Shown: in pieces, positions 1 to 8,839 of the stretch
Position numbering within the stretch: the first letter of the stretch is position 1
Layout: the number at the start of each line of letters is the position of its first letter
Program-made: the position numbers and the translations under genes
Notes under the pieces: model-generated
What the model saw: the letters and a program-made list of their open reading frames with translations, nothing else
Databases searched by the model: none
What the model was told of the DNA's origin: nothing
Source of the DNA: Archangiaceae bacterium
GTDB taxonomy: Bacteria > Myxococcota > Myxococcia > Myxococcales > Myxococcaceae
Assembly (NCBI GenBank): GCA_043750125.1
Contig: JAYVCD010000380.1
Location: 1-24,592, forward strand
Length of the DNA: 24,592 nt
Reading direction: 5' to 3'

Positions 1-315
1 ATGCTCGAGCGCATCGGCTTCAAGTACGTCAACCACATCGACCCCTTCGACGGCGGCCCTCACTACGAGGCAGACGTGAAGGACATTTCCCTCGTCCGAC
101 GCCATCGCACCGCGAAGCTCTCGGCCGATGACTTCGAGCTCGATGAAGGCGACGACATGCTGGTGGGGAAGGAAAAGACTTCCGGCAAGAATCGGTTTCG
201 CGCGGTGCGGTGCCTGGTCCGTTTCGAAGATCAACTCGTCCATCTGCCCGCGCGGGCCAAAGAGATGCTCGAGGCCAGGCCCGGTGACAAGTTGGGTCTC
301 ATTCCGTTCGAGTGA
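1..315 (+). CDS. astA: Arginine N-succinyltransferase (AstA family), C-terminal part; gene begins before the window
   Basis: LERIGFKYVNHIDPFDGGPHYEA matches the AstA C-terminal motif (LE.EGF...Y(V/I)D.FD(A/G)GP..EA). It is followed by the beta-rich tail (FRAV...L...PGD) typical of AstA. Confidence 0.8.
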   Translation: MLERIGFKYVNHIDPFDGGPHYEADVKDISLVRRHRTAKLSADDFELDEGDDMLVGKEKTSGKNRFRAVRCLVRFEDQLVHLPARAKEMLEARPGDKLGLIPFE

Positions 316-331
316 CCGTTATGATTTGCCG

Positions 332-1375
332 ATGCGGACCGCGGCGCTGATTGTTTGGCTGGCGTCCGTGGGCGGCGCTGCCCAGTCGAGATCCATTGAT
401 GTAGAGCCCAGCGATCCGCCCGCTTCGCCGCTCGTGCCCGTCACGTCGGCCGCCGTGCAGACCGGTCGCGAATTCAGCGCTCAGTTTTATGTAGGGAAGT
501 TCGAGGTAATCTGGGCCCGCGCCAGCCCGTCGCTGCGCCGCCAGTTCGGAAGCCTCGAGGGCTTCGCTTCCTTCGGTCGGAAGGTGAAGAGCGATTTTGG
601 CGTCGAGCTGCGCCTGGGCGCCGAGAAAATTCAGGAACGCGGCTCACTCACGCTCTACACCCGACTGTCCGTCTTCAGCCTCTTTGCCCGCGGCGTCGAG
701 CTCCAGTGGACCTGGGACAACAACGGGCTGCTGCTCGCCGTCGCCGCCCGCCCCGCATCCACCGAGTCCCCCAGCCCCTACGAGAACACCACCCCCAAGA
801 CCCACCTGCGCCTGCCCTTCGATGGAACCTGGAACGTGCTCTGGGGCGGGCGCACCTGGGAAGAAAATCGACACGCGTCCGTCGCGGATCAGCGGTTCGC
901 CCTCGATCTGCTCATCTGGAAAGGACAAGGCACTTTCGAGGGCGACGGCTCTCGCAATGAACAGTATTTTTGCTGGGGAAAACCCGTCGTCGCGCCCGCA
1001 GAGGGCAAGGTCGTCATCGCCGAGGACGGCGCCAGCGATAACACCCCCGGCGTCGCCAACCCCCAGAAGCTCTACGGCAACCACCTCGTCATCGACCACG
1101 GCAACGGCGAGTTCTCGCTCCTCGCTCACCTCATGCGCAGCTCCCTGATGGTCAAAGTCGGCGAGCGCGTTCAGGTCGGGCAGCTGCTCGCGAAAGCCGG
1201 TAACAGCGGAGTCAGCACCGAGCCCCACCTCCACTACCAACTGATGGATTCTCCCCTGTGGCTTCAGGCCCACGGACTCCCGTCTGTCTTCATCGACTTC
1301 TTCGCCGACGGAAAACCCATCTCCCGCGGTGAACCCCGCCGCGGTCAGGCCATCGCTCCTCGGTCGTCGCGGTAG
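332..1375 (+). CDS. Exported M23-family metallopeptidase with an N-terminal DUF3887/NTF2-like domain
   Basis: ATG at 332 gives a signal-like MRTAALIVWLASVGGAA. M23 motifs: H...FALD, VVAPAEGKV, GNHLVIDHG, AHL, V.VGERV.VGQ.LA.AGNSG.STEPHLHY. The extension to 128 overlaps astA and is rejected. Confidence 0.88.
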   Translation: MRTAALIVWLASVGGAAQSRSIDVEPSDPPASPLVPVTSAAVQTGREFSAQFYVGKFEVIWARASPSLRRQFGSLEGFASFGRKVKSDFGVELRLGAEKIQERGSLTLYTRLSVFSLFARGVELQWTWDNNGLLLAVAARPASTESPSPYENTTPKTHLRLPFDGTWNVLWGGRTWEENRHASVADQRFALDLLIWKGQGTFEGDGSRNEQYFCWGKPVVAPAEGKVVIAEDGASDNTPGVANPQKLYGNHLVIDHGNGEFSLLAHLMRSSLMVKVGERVQVGQLLAKAGNSGVSTEPHLHYQLMDSPLWLQAHGLPSVFIDFFADGKPISRGEPRRGQAIAPRSSR

Positions 1376-1488
1376 TTCGTTTTCCGTTCGTTGGGTCGTC
1401 GCCCGATTCGCTCGTCGACCTCTTCGTGCAGCGTCAGAACACCATTAGTCCGTCGTAGTGTTGAATTGATTTTACCCCATATTTTTCT

Positions 1489-1925
1489 TTACGGTGCACA
1501 GGTCCCTTCGGCGGGCGCTCCTCCGGGGACCCGCCCGCAGTTCCGAACGAGCACGCATTGCGCCACCGGGAAATCAATCGGCTGCAACAGCACCGACTGG
1601 TCAAGGATGCTCACCGAATTGGCCTTCAGGCGCACCCAGAGGTCGAAAATCCCTTCGCGCTTCCTCGCGTGGGGGTCGTCCAGCACCGGGTTGGTCTTCG
1701 GTAGGTGTTTCCCTGTGCCCCATCGAGCTCGAGAATCGCCGAAAGGTAGTGCTGCAGACGACAGCCGAAGCCGAGGTCCGCCGGGTAAATCGGTTCCAGC
1801 AGGTAACTCGCCGGTGGGTCGAACGTCCCGCGCACCGCTTCCACGAAAGGCTCGCCGAAGTCCGCGATCAGCTCGAGTTCAGAGCGCCGAACGTCACGCG
1901 AGATGGGGAAGGCGTCGCCCTTCAA
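1489..1925 (-). CDS. Hypothetical protein of about 145 aa, split by one frameshift near 1700-1715
   Basis: ORF 1626-1925 starts with TTG overlapping the YdcF stop (TTGA) and has GC-rich third positions to about 1700. The GC-rich third-position signal then moves to the frame of ORF 1489-1686 (VLDDPHARKREGIFDLWVRLK...). The two frames are offset by one missing base. Confidence 0.55.
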
Positions 1926-2509
1926 GGCCAGAGCATCGCCGGCCGCCTCAACAGCGCGAAGGCCTCGCGCATCGTCCAGTACGCGTGGGACCTTGCCGAG
2001 ATCCGGCGATCGGACCCGACCGGCTGGGTGCGGATTGCGACCTGCGCGAACTGCAGGCTGGCCCGTAGCAGGTGATAGCGGTCGGACACCAACAGCACTT
2101 CGGCGATCTTCCGTTGGTTGAGCAGGGGCGCGGTGAGCTGGGCATTTTCGAAAGTGCTGTGGCTCTGCTCTTCGAGCAGGCAGGCCTCGGGCGGCACCCC
2201 AAGCCTCACCGCGATGTCGCGCGCCACGCTCGCTTCGGAAGGCAGTGAGCCGCTGGCCCCTCCGCTGAAGATCACCAACGGGGCCAGGCCCTGGTGATAG
2301 AGCGCGGCCGCTTTTTCGGCCCGACCCACCAGCGCGTCGGCGGCCCTTCCGGACGGAAGCACCCGCGCGCCCAGCACGACAATCGCTGCACAGCGGGTGG
2401 GGGGTCTTGCGGTCCGCGCAAACGCGTCGACCCGATGCGCAAGCACCCCGGCCGCGCCCAGCGCTGAGGCCACGACGGCCGCCAAAAAGGTCCCGAGCTT
2501 GAAAATCAC
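1922..2509 (-). CDS. YdcF/ElyC/SanA family (DUF218) membrane-anchored protein
   Basis: GTG at 2509 overlaps the upstream stop (GTGA). N-terminal TM helix, then [41 protein letters not shown] and RE motifs. Confidence 0.9.
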   Translation of the reverse strand: MIFKLGTFLAAVVASALGAAGVLAHRVDAFARTARPPTRCAAIVVLGARVLPSGRAADALVGRAEKAAALYHQGLAPLVIFSGGASGSLPSEASVARDIAVRLGVPPEACLLEEQSHSTFENAQLTAPLLNQRKIAEVLLVSDRYHLLRASLQFAQVAIRTQPVGSDRRISARSHAYWTMREAFALLRRPAMLWP

Positions 2510-3306
2510 GGAGCCGGCACCCTTCGCAGCGTCCGTCGGTGAGCCCTCAGGTCGAGGTAGATGCCCGCCGCCTGCTCTTTGGGCAGGGCGAGGTAGCGGG
2601 TCGTCGGGCTGGCGTGGGGAGGATAGGAAGGGTCCCGTTCGTCGCGGCGGGCGCGGTCGATGACCCAGGCGTGGGGCCAGCCGAGGCGCCCGTCGTCGAT
2701 CAACCCGAGCACGACTTCGTATCCGGAATGTTCCTTCACCCACGCGTGGGCCGCGGCGAGGCAGTCCGGGTTTTCTCCGCCTGGAGTGGGAGTCGCGCGG
2801 CGGGCTCCTTCCAACGAGGGAACGAGGTCGAGAGCGTTTCCGTTGCCGGTGATGGCAAGGCCTTCGGCGAAAGGGTCGGCAAACACCACCGGGCCGACGC
2901 GGCGGGAAAACCGCGAGTCCCCCAACTCGAGCTGCTGCAGCGCGCCGCCCTGGTAGTGGGCGATGAAAGGTTGGCCCAGCAGCGTGCCCTTCGCCGTCTC
3001 GCCCGCCTGGGTGATGCAGGCTTCGCCCTTCTGGCGGGTGACTTCGTCTTCCACCGCCCAACAGCCCGCCGGGCGCGCCTGGAGCAGCGACTGCGACGCC
3101 CAGAGGGTGTCGGACTTCGGGGCGACGAAGCGCTCGACCGCGCCCAGCCCCGAGCGGAAAAAATGCTGCGAGAGGTAGGTGTACTGAGCCCCGTTCTGAA
3201 TCAACCGGATTTCTCCGACCGGAACGCCTCCCAGAAAATGGACGAAGCGGTCCTCGGCTTGAATCGGGGCAGCGAGGAGGAGGACCCAGGCGAACAGAGG
3301 CATCAC
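2506..3306 (-). CDS. Secreted protein with a C-terminal transglutaminase-like (Cys-His-Asp) domain
   Basis: Signal peptide [21 protein letters not shown]...H, VVLGL, WPHAWV and RDPS occur in transglutaminase-core order. Start is 3306 (GTG) or 3303 (ATG). Confidence 0.7.
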   Translation of the reverse strand: MMPLFAWVLLLAAPIQAEDRFVHFLGGVPVGEIRLIQNGAQYTYLSQHFFRSGLGAVERFVAPKSDTLWASQSLLQARPAGCWAVEDEVTRQKGEACITQAGETAKGTLLGQPFIAHYQGGALQQLELGDSRFSRRVGPVVFADPFAEGLAITGNGNALDLVPSLEGARRATPTPGGENPDCLAAAHAWVKEHSGYEVVLGLIDDGRLGWPHAWVIDRARRDERDPSYPPHASPTTRYLALPKEQAAGIYLDLRAHRRTLRRVPAP

Positions 3307-3345
3307 GCTGCAGTCTCGCCGAAAGCGTTAAGGTCCGCCGCGCTC

Positions 3346-6300
3346 ATGGGCAAGAGGAGGTACCTGTTCGCATTCGGACTTGGCGGGGGCCTGGCAGCGG
3401 GGCTGCTCTCAGGCGTGGTGCTGTCGATCTTCGTGCCCCTGCCCCTGACCGGTTGGGCGGTGTTGATCTGCTGCACCACCGGAAGCTTCACCGTCTTCGG
3501 CTACCTCACCTGGTTTCAATGGGCCCAGCGGCGCGCCGAACGGTTGCGGGTGCAGCTCGATCGCCTCGCCGCCGGAGACCTCACCCGCCCCACCGGCGGC
3601 GGTCGCAGCGACGACACCGAGCTTCAGCGGCTGACCATCTCTTTGCGTCGGGCGCTCGCCCAGGTGCAGCGCGTCACCCAGAGCCTTCACCGCACCAGCC
3701 GCGAGGTCGAGACCGAAGCGCGCGCGTTGCTCGAGGCCGCGCGCCGTCAGCAGTCGGCCGCCGATCGATCGCAAACCGCGGTGTCGAGCATGGGCCAGAG
3801 CTTGATCGGCGCAGGCAAGCGGGTGAACCAGCTCGAGGTCTTCGCGCAAGAGACGACCGGCGCGCTGACCGAGATGACCGAGCGAATCGAGCAGGTCGCG
3901 ACCGCGCTGCAGAAGCTCGACGGCGCCGCCCGCAGAACCAGTGAGAAGGTCGAAGCCGTTTCAAATCGCGCCGCCGGAGTCGTCTCGGCCGGAACCGTGC
4001 TCGCCGCGTTTGCGCTGCAAACCGCTGACTACGTTGCGTCGGTCGAAGGGGGAATCGATGCGGTGCGCCGCCGCGCCGAAGAGACCGGGGCCCTGGCGCG
4101 CGAAGTGACCCGCACCGCCGAGCAGGGTGAGGCGCTGGTCGCCGACAGCGTGAAGGCGATGTACCGCATCGAGGACACCGTTCAGCGCAGCATGGAATTG
4201 GTGAACGCGCTCGGGAAGAACAGCTTCGAAATCGGGCGGGTGATCGACGTCATTCAAGACATCGCCGACCAGACCAACCTGCTCGCGCTCAACGCGGCGA
4301 TCATCGCCAGCCAGGCCGGCGAGAGCGGCAAGGCCTTTGGGGTCGTCGCCGCCGAAGTCCGCAGCCTCGCCGAACGCACCGCGCGATCGACCCGCGAAAT
4401 CGGCCAGCAGATCAAGCGGGTGCGCGATGGCGTCGCGCGGGCCGTCACCCTGGTCACCGACGCCAAGCACCAGGCGTCTGCCGGAGTGGTGCAGGGCGAC
4501 AAGGCGGCGGTCGCGCTGAAGGAAATTCGCAGCATCACCCAGCGCACCTTCTCGGCCGTCGAGGCCACCGTCGCCGAGACCGCCCGACTCGAACAGCAAG
4601 GCAGCCGGGTCGTCGAGGCGAGCAAGCAGGTCTCCGAGCGCGTCGCCGAGGTCACCCGGCTCTCGTCCTCCCAACTGGACGAGGGCAAAGCGCTCGGGCG
4701 GCAGATTCAAGAGATGGCGAAGACGGCGCACGAGGCCGCCACCCAGGCCGACGCGCAGGTGAAGACCGGCCGCGAGTTGTCCGACTCGGTGCTGCGACTG
4801 ACTGCGGCGATCGACGAGATTCGGGCTGCCCAGAAGGTGCTCTCGCGCGGCGATGCCGAGATTGGGGAAGAGGTCGCCGAAGTGAGGGAAGACGCGCGGA
4901 AGGTCACCCGCATCGCTGACGGGCTCTCGCGCACCGTCGAGCAGCTGGGCCACGAAGCCGACGGGCTCGACGCTGAAGTCTTCCGTTTCAAGCTTCCGAA
5001 ACCCCGACCGGGCGGCACGTTGCACGCGGGCATTCACCGCACCAGTGAGCTGGCTCTCACCCGTGGGTTGGATCCGATCTTCACCACCGACCTGCAGCTG
5101 GCCGAGGTGTCTGCGTCGGTCTACTCCACGCTGCTGCGCTACGAGGAAGGCACGTTGGTCGCCGACCTGGCCGAGCGTTGGGATGCAGACCCGACAGCGC
5201 GCCGGTACCGCTTCTACCTGCGGCGAAACGTGTTGTTTCACGACTCGACCCCCTTCACGGCGCGGCACGTGAAGGACCACTTCGAACGGCTGCTCGACCC
5301 CAAGGTGGGCTCGCCCGACGTGGGCCTGCTCAAAGACGTCGAAGGGGCGGAAGCCTGGGGCCGGGGCGAGGCCCGGGAAGTCGTGGGAATCGAAGTGCTC
5401 GATGACCTCACGCTCGAGATTCGGCTCACCGAGCCGCGCGCCTTCTTCTTGCGGATGCTCGCCTTGCCCTCGACCGGAATCTGTCGTCGGGGCGAGGGCG
5501 GAAAGCTGCAGGGAACCGGGCCCTACCGGGTCATCGACTCGGGTCGAACCGATGCCTGGGTGCTCGAGAAAAACCCTTCCTACTACCGGGTGGGCCAGCC
5601 GCTGTTGGGGCGAATCGAGCTGCACCTGTACGCGGACCGCGCCGGCTCGCTCGCGGCGTTCCAGCGGGACGAAGTGCAGCTGGTCTCCTACCTTCACGCC
5701 GAACACCTTGCCGCCGGAGCCCTGGGCGAGCTGGCGCAGGTGGCGACCGTCTCGACGCCCTCGACGTGGTTTCTGGGCTTCAACGTCAAGCAGCCGCCCT
5801 TCGATGATCTGCGGGTGCGACGGGCGGTTCGCGCCGGGCTCGACGTGCGGGCCTTGGTCGACAAGTTTCACCCCGGAGCGAGGGTCGCGCGCTCTTTGAC
5901 TCCGCCGGGGCTGTTGGAAGTCGACCGGGTGCACGAGCCGCGCACCGACCTGTCACTGGCGCGGCAGCTGCTCGCCGAGGCCGGGCACGGCAAGCTGAAG
6001 CTGACGCTCTACTTTCCTGCGGACCGCGACACGAGCCTCGAAGACGCCGTGCTGTTCGCCCCCCTGCTCGAAGCCGGGTTGCTCGAGCTGCAACACGTCG
6101 CGCTGCCGAATGGTTATTGGGAACGGCTGCGCGAGGGGAACATCGCGGCCTTCCGCGGCAACTGGATCGCCGACTTTGCCGACCCGGACAATTTCCTCCA
6201 CTTCCTGCTCAATTCCAAAGCCCAGCACTACTACCAGGTCGGCTACTCCAACGCGGAGTTCGACCGGCTCACCGACGAAGCGCGGGTGAGCATCGACCCC

Positions 6301-6480
6301 GGACTGCGAGAGCAGCTGTACCGAAAGGCCGAGGTGATGGTGCGCGACGACTGCGTGCTCGTTCCGCTCTACCACCAGGGTTTTCACTGTGTGGCGGCGG
6401 GAACGGTGCAGGGGTTGCGGCTGCATTCGACTCCGCCGCAGGTTCGCTTCGAGTCGCTGTGGCTCGACCTCGATTCCTGA
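3346..6480 (+). CDS. Methyl-accepting chemotaxis protein (2 TM + HAMP + ~64-heptad signalling domain) fused to a C-terminal family-5 (OppA/DppA-like) solute-binding domain, 1044 aa
   Basis: ATG at 3346. Two adjacent hydrophobic helices, then HAMP ([10 protein letters not shown]...DTELQRL) and the hairpin tip [40 protein letters not shown]. From about 5010: [67 protein letters not shown]. One uninterrupted frame. Confidence 0.92.
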   Translation: MGKRRYLFAFGLGGGLAAGLLSGVVLSIFVPLPLTGWAVLICCTTGSFTVFGYLTWFQWAQRRAERLRVQLDRLAAGDLTRPTGGGRSDDTELQRLTISLRRALAQVQRVTQSLHRTSREVETEARALLEAARRQQSAADRSQTAVSSMGQSLIGAGKRVNQLEVFAQETTGALTEMTERIEQVATALQKLDGAARRTSEKVEAVSNRAAGVVSAGTVLAAFALQTADYVASVEGGIDAVRRRAEETGALAREVTRTAEQGEALVADSVKAMYRIEDTVQRSMELVNALGKNSFEIGRVIDVIQDIADQTNLLALNAAIIASQAGESGKAFGVVAAEVRSLAERTARSTREIGQQIKRVRDGVARAVTLVTDAKHQASAGVVQGDKAAVALKEIRSITQRTFSAVEATVAETARLEQQGSRVVEASKQVSERVAEVTRLSSSQLDEGKALGRQIQEMAKTAHEAATQADAQVKTGRELSDSVLRLTAAIDEIRAAQKVLSRGDAEIGEEVAEVREDARKVTRIADGLSRTVEQLGHEADGLDAEVFRFKLPKPRPGGTLHAGIHRTSELALTRGLDPIFTTDLQLAEVSASVYSTLLRYEEGTLVADLAERWDADPTARRYRFYLRRNVLFHDSTPFTARHVKDHFERLLDPKVGSPDVGLLKDVEGAEAWGRGEAREVVGIEVLDDLTLEIRLTEPRAFFLRMLALPSTGICRRGEGGKLQGTGPYRVIDSGRTDAWVLEKNPSYYRVGQPLLGRIELHLYADRAGSLAAFQRDEVQLVSYLHAEHLAAGALGELAQVATVSTPSTWFLGFNVKQPPFDDLRVRRAVRAGLDVRALVDKFHPGARVARSLTPPGLLEVDRVHEPRTDLSLARQLLAEAGHGKLKLTLYFPADRDTSLEDAVLFAPLLEAGLLELQHVALPNGYWERLREGNIAAFRGNWIADFADPDNFLHFLLNSKAQHYYQVGYSNAEFDRLTDEARVSIDPGLREQLYRKAEVMVRDDCVLVPLYHQGFHCVAAGTVQGLRLHSTPPQVRFESLWLDLDS

Positions 6481-6570
6481 TCCCGTTCATTCCCTCGACT
6501 GCTCTTCCCTCGACTGCTCACGGGATGACCGGGACGGTCAAAACCCGTTCATTCCGAGAGCAGTCGAGGA
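6481..6570. repeat. REP-like cluster: an inverted pair of a ~29-bp element plus a 15-bp tandem duplication, lying between convergent genes
   Basis: 6506-6534 reverse-complements to TCCCGGTCATCCCGTGAGCAGTCGAGGGA. 6544-6570 reads CCCGTTCATTCCGAGAGCAGTCGAGGA. TTCCCTCGACTGCTC is repeated at 6490-6504 and 6505-6519. A partial TCCCGTTCAT lies at 6481-6490. Confidence 0.85.
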
Positions 6571-6845
6571 ACGCGCAGCTGCTCTTCCCGCTTCTTTCCC
6601 CGCTCGAGGGCCTTGAGCCGCTCGGCTTCCCGCGATCGGGCGGGGGTGTGGACCTCGAGCGTGTCGAACAACTTGAGCGTCAGCGCGGTGATCTTCTCGA
6701 CCGCTTCGTCGAACGCGGGTTGATTGGCCTTCGAGGGGTGCGGCATTCCACTGAGCTTGCGGACGTACTGCAGGGCCGAAGCCCGAACCTCGTCTCGCGT
6801 CGCTGGGGGCTCGAAGTGGTGGAGCGTCTTGATGTTTCTGCACAT
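6549..6845 (-). CDS. DUF2277 family protein
   Basis: MCRNIKTLHHFEPPATRDEVRASALQYVRKLSG...PSKANQPAFDEAV is the characteristic DUF2277 N-terminus. Confidence 0.9.
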   Translation of the reverse strand: MCRNIKTLHHFEPPATRDEVRASALQYVRKLSGMPHPSKANQPAFDEAVEKITALTLKLFDTLEVHTPARSREAERLKALERGKKREEQLRVPRLLSE

Positions 6846-6863
6846 GCTTCGAGGCTTAATCCT

Positions 6864-7487
6864 TCAGGCGGTCACCAGCCAGTCGAACGCCCTTTGGGCC
6901 GCGGTGCTCAATTCGTCCAGGCGGCCGGTGCACAGGTGGTCGGCGTTCGGCACCACGAACAGCTGATGCTTCGCCGGCACCTTCGCCAGCAGCGCGCGCA
7001 GGTTCTCGAGCTTCCCGTACTCGTCGGTGTCCGAGTGGACGAAGGCCGTCGGCTGCTGAAGCCGGGTGACGAACGACAGGTCGAAGATGTCGACCGCCAG
7101 TCCCACCGCGAGAATTTTTTCCACCCGGGGCTCTCGCAACGCCAGCTGCAGCGCGGTGCGGCAGCCGAACGAAAAGCCCCCGAGCCACAGCGGCAGCCCC
7201 GGCTGTTGTGCTGCCACCCACTCGAGGGCAGCGGCGGCGTCGTCGATCTCTCCGATTCCGTCGTCGTGGGTGCCGGTCGAGCGGCCGACGCCCCGGAAGT
7301 TGAAGCGGACGCAGCTGACGCCATTGTCTCGAAACGTCTTCGCCAGTCGGTAGGTGACGTGGTTGTTCATCGTCCCTCCGTGGACCGGGTGCGGATGACA
7401 CACCACCGCCACTGCGCGCGGGTTCTCGACTTTCCACCACAGCGCCTCGAGGCGGCCGTGGGAAACGGGGATGTCGACGGAGGCCAC
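6864..7487 (-). CDS. Alpha/beta-fold hydrolase
   Basis: VVCHPHPVHGGTMNN, RFNFRGVGRSTG, nucleophile elbow GFSFG, acid residue in DTDE, His in ADH. Confidence 0.92.
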   Translation of the reverse strand: MASVDIPVSHGRLEALWWKVENPRAVAVVCHPHPVHGGTMNNHVTYRLAKTFRDNGVSCVRFNFRGVGRSTGTHDDGIGEIDDAAAALEWVAAQQPGLPLWLGGFSFGCRTALQLALREPRVEKILAVGLAVDIFDLSFVTRLQQPTAFVHSDTDEYGKLENLRALLAKVPAKHQLFVVPNADHLCTGRLDELSTAAQRAFDWLVTA

Positions 7488-7505
7488 GTTTAAATTCAGC
7501 GACGG

Positions 7506-8078
7506 CTAAATCCGGACTTTTTCGCGCAGCACCTTGGCGCGGGCCTGGGTGTCGGGGTCTGTGCTGGTCAGCTCAATCGACTTCAGCCGTTGCTCGAGCG
7601 ACCGCGGAACCTTTTCGCGCGGCAGCTTGCCCTCGTCGTGAAGCCCTTCGAGCTTCCCGAGCGCCTTGTCGACGATTCGGTCTTTCGGATGGTCGAGCAG
7701 CGAGTCGAGGAAGAACGGATCTTCAGGCAGCTCGGGATATTTCTCGAGGTACTCGACGACGCCGGCCACCCACGCCTTGCGATCGGGCAGCTCGCGCAGC
7801 TTCGCCATCGCCTCTTTCTGCGCGGTGCGCTTTCCTTCCGGGTCGAACGTCTGGGCCAGACCCTGCGGCAGCTCGCCTCCTGAGAAGAGCGAGTCGGCGG
7901 CCTTCTTGTACTTCTCGTACGACGCGCTGCGCTCGATGCGCTGTTGGGCAGGGTCTTCCTGCCGCGAGTGGTACTTGCTCTTTCCACGCTGGGCATCCAG
8001 CTCACGAAACGTCTTGTTCCGCTTTCCGGTGAAGCCGCTGCTGCCCTCGTCTTCGCGCTCTTTGCCCGCCATCGTCAT
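7506..8078 (-). CDS. Hypothetical charged, helical cytoplasmic protein
   Basis: ATG 8078 overlaps the upstream stop (ATGA). ATG 8072 is better spaced from the GAAAGGAA SD-like motif. Codon usage is host-like. No motif recognised. Confidence 0.8.
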   Translation of the reverse strand: MTMAGKEREDEGSSGFTGKRNKTFRELDAQRGKSKYHSRQEDPAQQRIERSASYEKYKKAADSLFSGGELPQGLAQTFDPEGKRTAQKEAMAKLRELPDRKAWVAGVVEYLEKYPELPEDPFFLDSLLDHPKDRIVDKALGKLEGLHDEGKLPREKVPRSLEQRLKSIELTSTDPDTQARAKVLREKVRI

Positions 8079-8839
8079 TCCTTTCGGGCCTTCCAAAGGG
8101 CGCCAAGCGCCAGACCCGTGATCGAGTGGAGCCGCCGCGCCTCTTCCTGCGGCAACGGCTCTTCCTCGTCGTGCTCGGCCTCGAATACCGCTTCCTCCGC
8201 GTAGGCCGTCAGCGCGGGAGGCACCCAAATCGCTTCGTCCTTATTCACCGGCGCCTCAGCGACGCCGATACCTTTGGGACTGCCCAGCTCGAGCATGGCA
8301 AAGAGCTCGAAGAGAAGATGCTGGGCGAAACCGAACCCAAGCTCGGATAACCCCTGCTCGTCAAGCCACGTCACCACCCAGTCGGTGCGGTGGTCATAGG
8401 CGTGACGCAGCCGCTGATGCTCTTTGGGCGGCGCTCCCTCGACGTAGCGCCAGGCCTGCTCGACCCACGCGTCGTCTGGACCTTCCTTGGGAAAGAAGGG
8501 CGGAGCCGACCGCGGAAGCGGAGCTTTGGGTCGGACCGTGGGGGCCTGCAAGTCCACCTCGGTTCCCGTCTGAAGAAGCTCCCAGAGACCGAAAAGATTT
8601 CCAAACAGCGCGCGGGCGTCTTTCACCGAGGGAAAGTGGGGCTCGTCTTCGAACAGCGCGTGAATCACCGGCGCGGCCGGCTGGTTGTCTTTTTGCGCCG
8701 CGCGAAACGCTTCGGCCACCTGCTCCACGTCGAGCTCGACCCCGGCTTTCAGCAGCAGCCCCTGCAGCCGGGCCCGACCCTCGAAGTGACGATTCAGCTC
8801 CGCGCCTTCGGTCTGGGGTTTGTTTCGAGGAGGACTCAT
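8075..8839 (-). CDS. Hypothetical acidic two-domain protein
   Basis: ATG 8839 overlaps the methyltransferase stop (ATGA). Two helical regions are joined by a Pro-rich linker (APTVRPKAPLPRSAPP). No family recognised. Confidence 0.8.
   Translation of the reverse strand: MSPPRNKPQTEGAELNRHFEGRARLQGLLLKAGVELDVEQVAEAFRAAQKDNQPAAPVIHALFEDEPHFPSVKDARALFGNLFGLWELLQTGTEVDLQAPTVRPKAPLPRSAPPFFPKEGPDDAWVEQAWRYVEGAPPKEHQRLRHAYDHRTDWVVTWLDEQGLSELGFGFAQHLLFELFAMLELGSPKGIGVAEAPVNKDEAIWVPPALTAYAEEAVFEAEHDEEEPLPQEEARRLHSITGLALGALWKARKE

Noticed and set aside
1391-2075. Plus-strand ORFs 1391-2068 and 1494-2075 behind the AT-rich tract at 1461-1490
   Set aside because: They overlap the YdcF gene, and codon bias and start/stop coupling favour the minus strand. 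No correctly spaced -35/-10 pair was found.
2506-3306. Lasso peptide biosynthetic cluster
   Set aside because: The protein has a signal peptide, and no asparagine-synthetase-like cyclase, RRE protein or precursor is present.
2539-3345. 269-codon N-terminal extension of the MCP ORF
   Set aside because: It is the antisense shadow of the transglutaminase-like gene. The TM1-containing protein starts at ATG 3346.
3961-5934. 657-aa antisense ORF (likewise 10626-11885, 13247-14737, 15239-17503)
   Set aside because: These are typical stop-poor shadow frames of high-GC genes, with no motifs and full overlap with well-supported genes.
6481-6570. Possible mini-CRISPR array
   Set aside because: The copies are inverted, there are no unique 30-40-nt spacers and no cas genes. 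REP-like organisation fits better.
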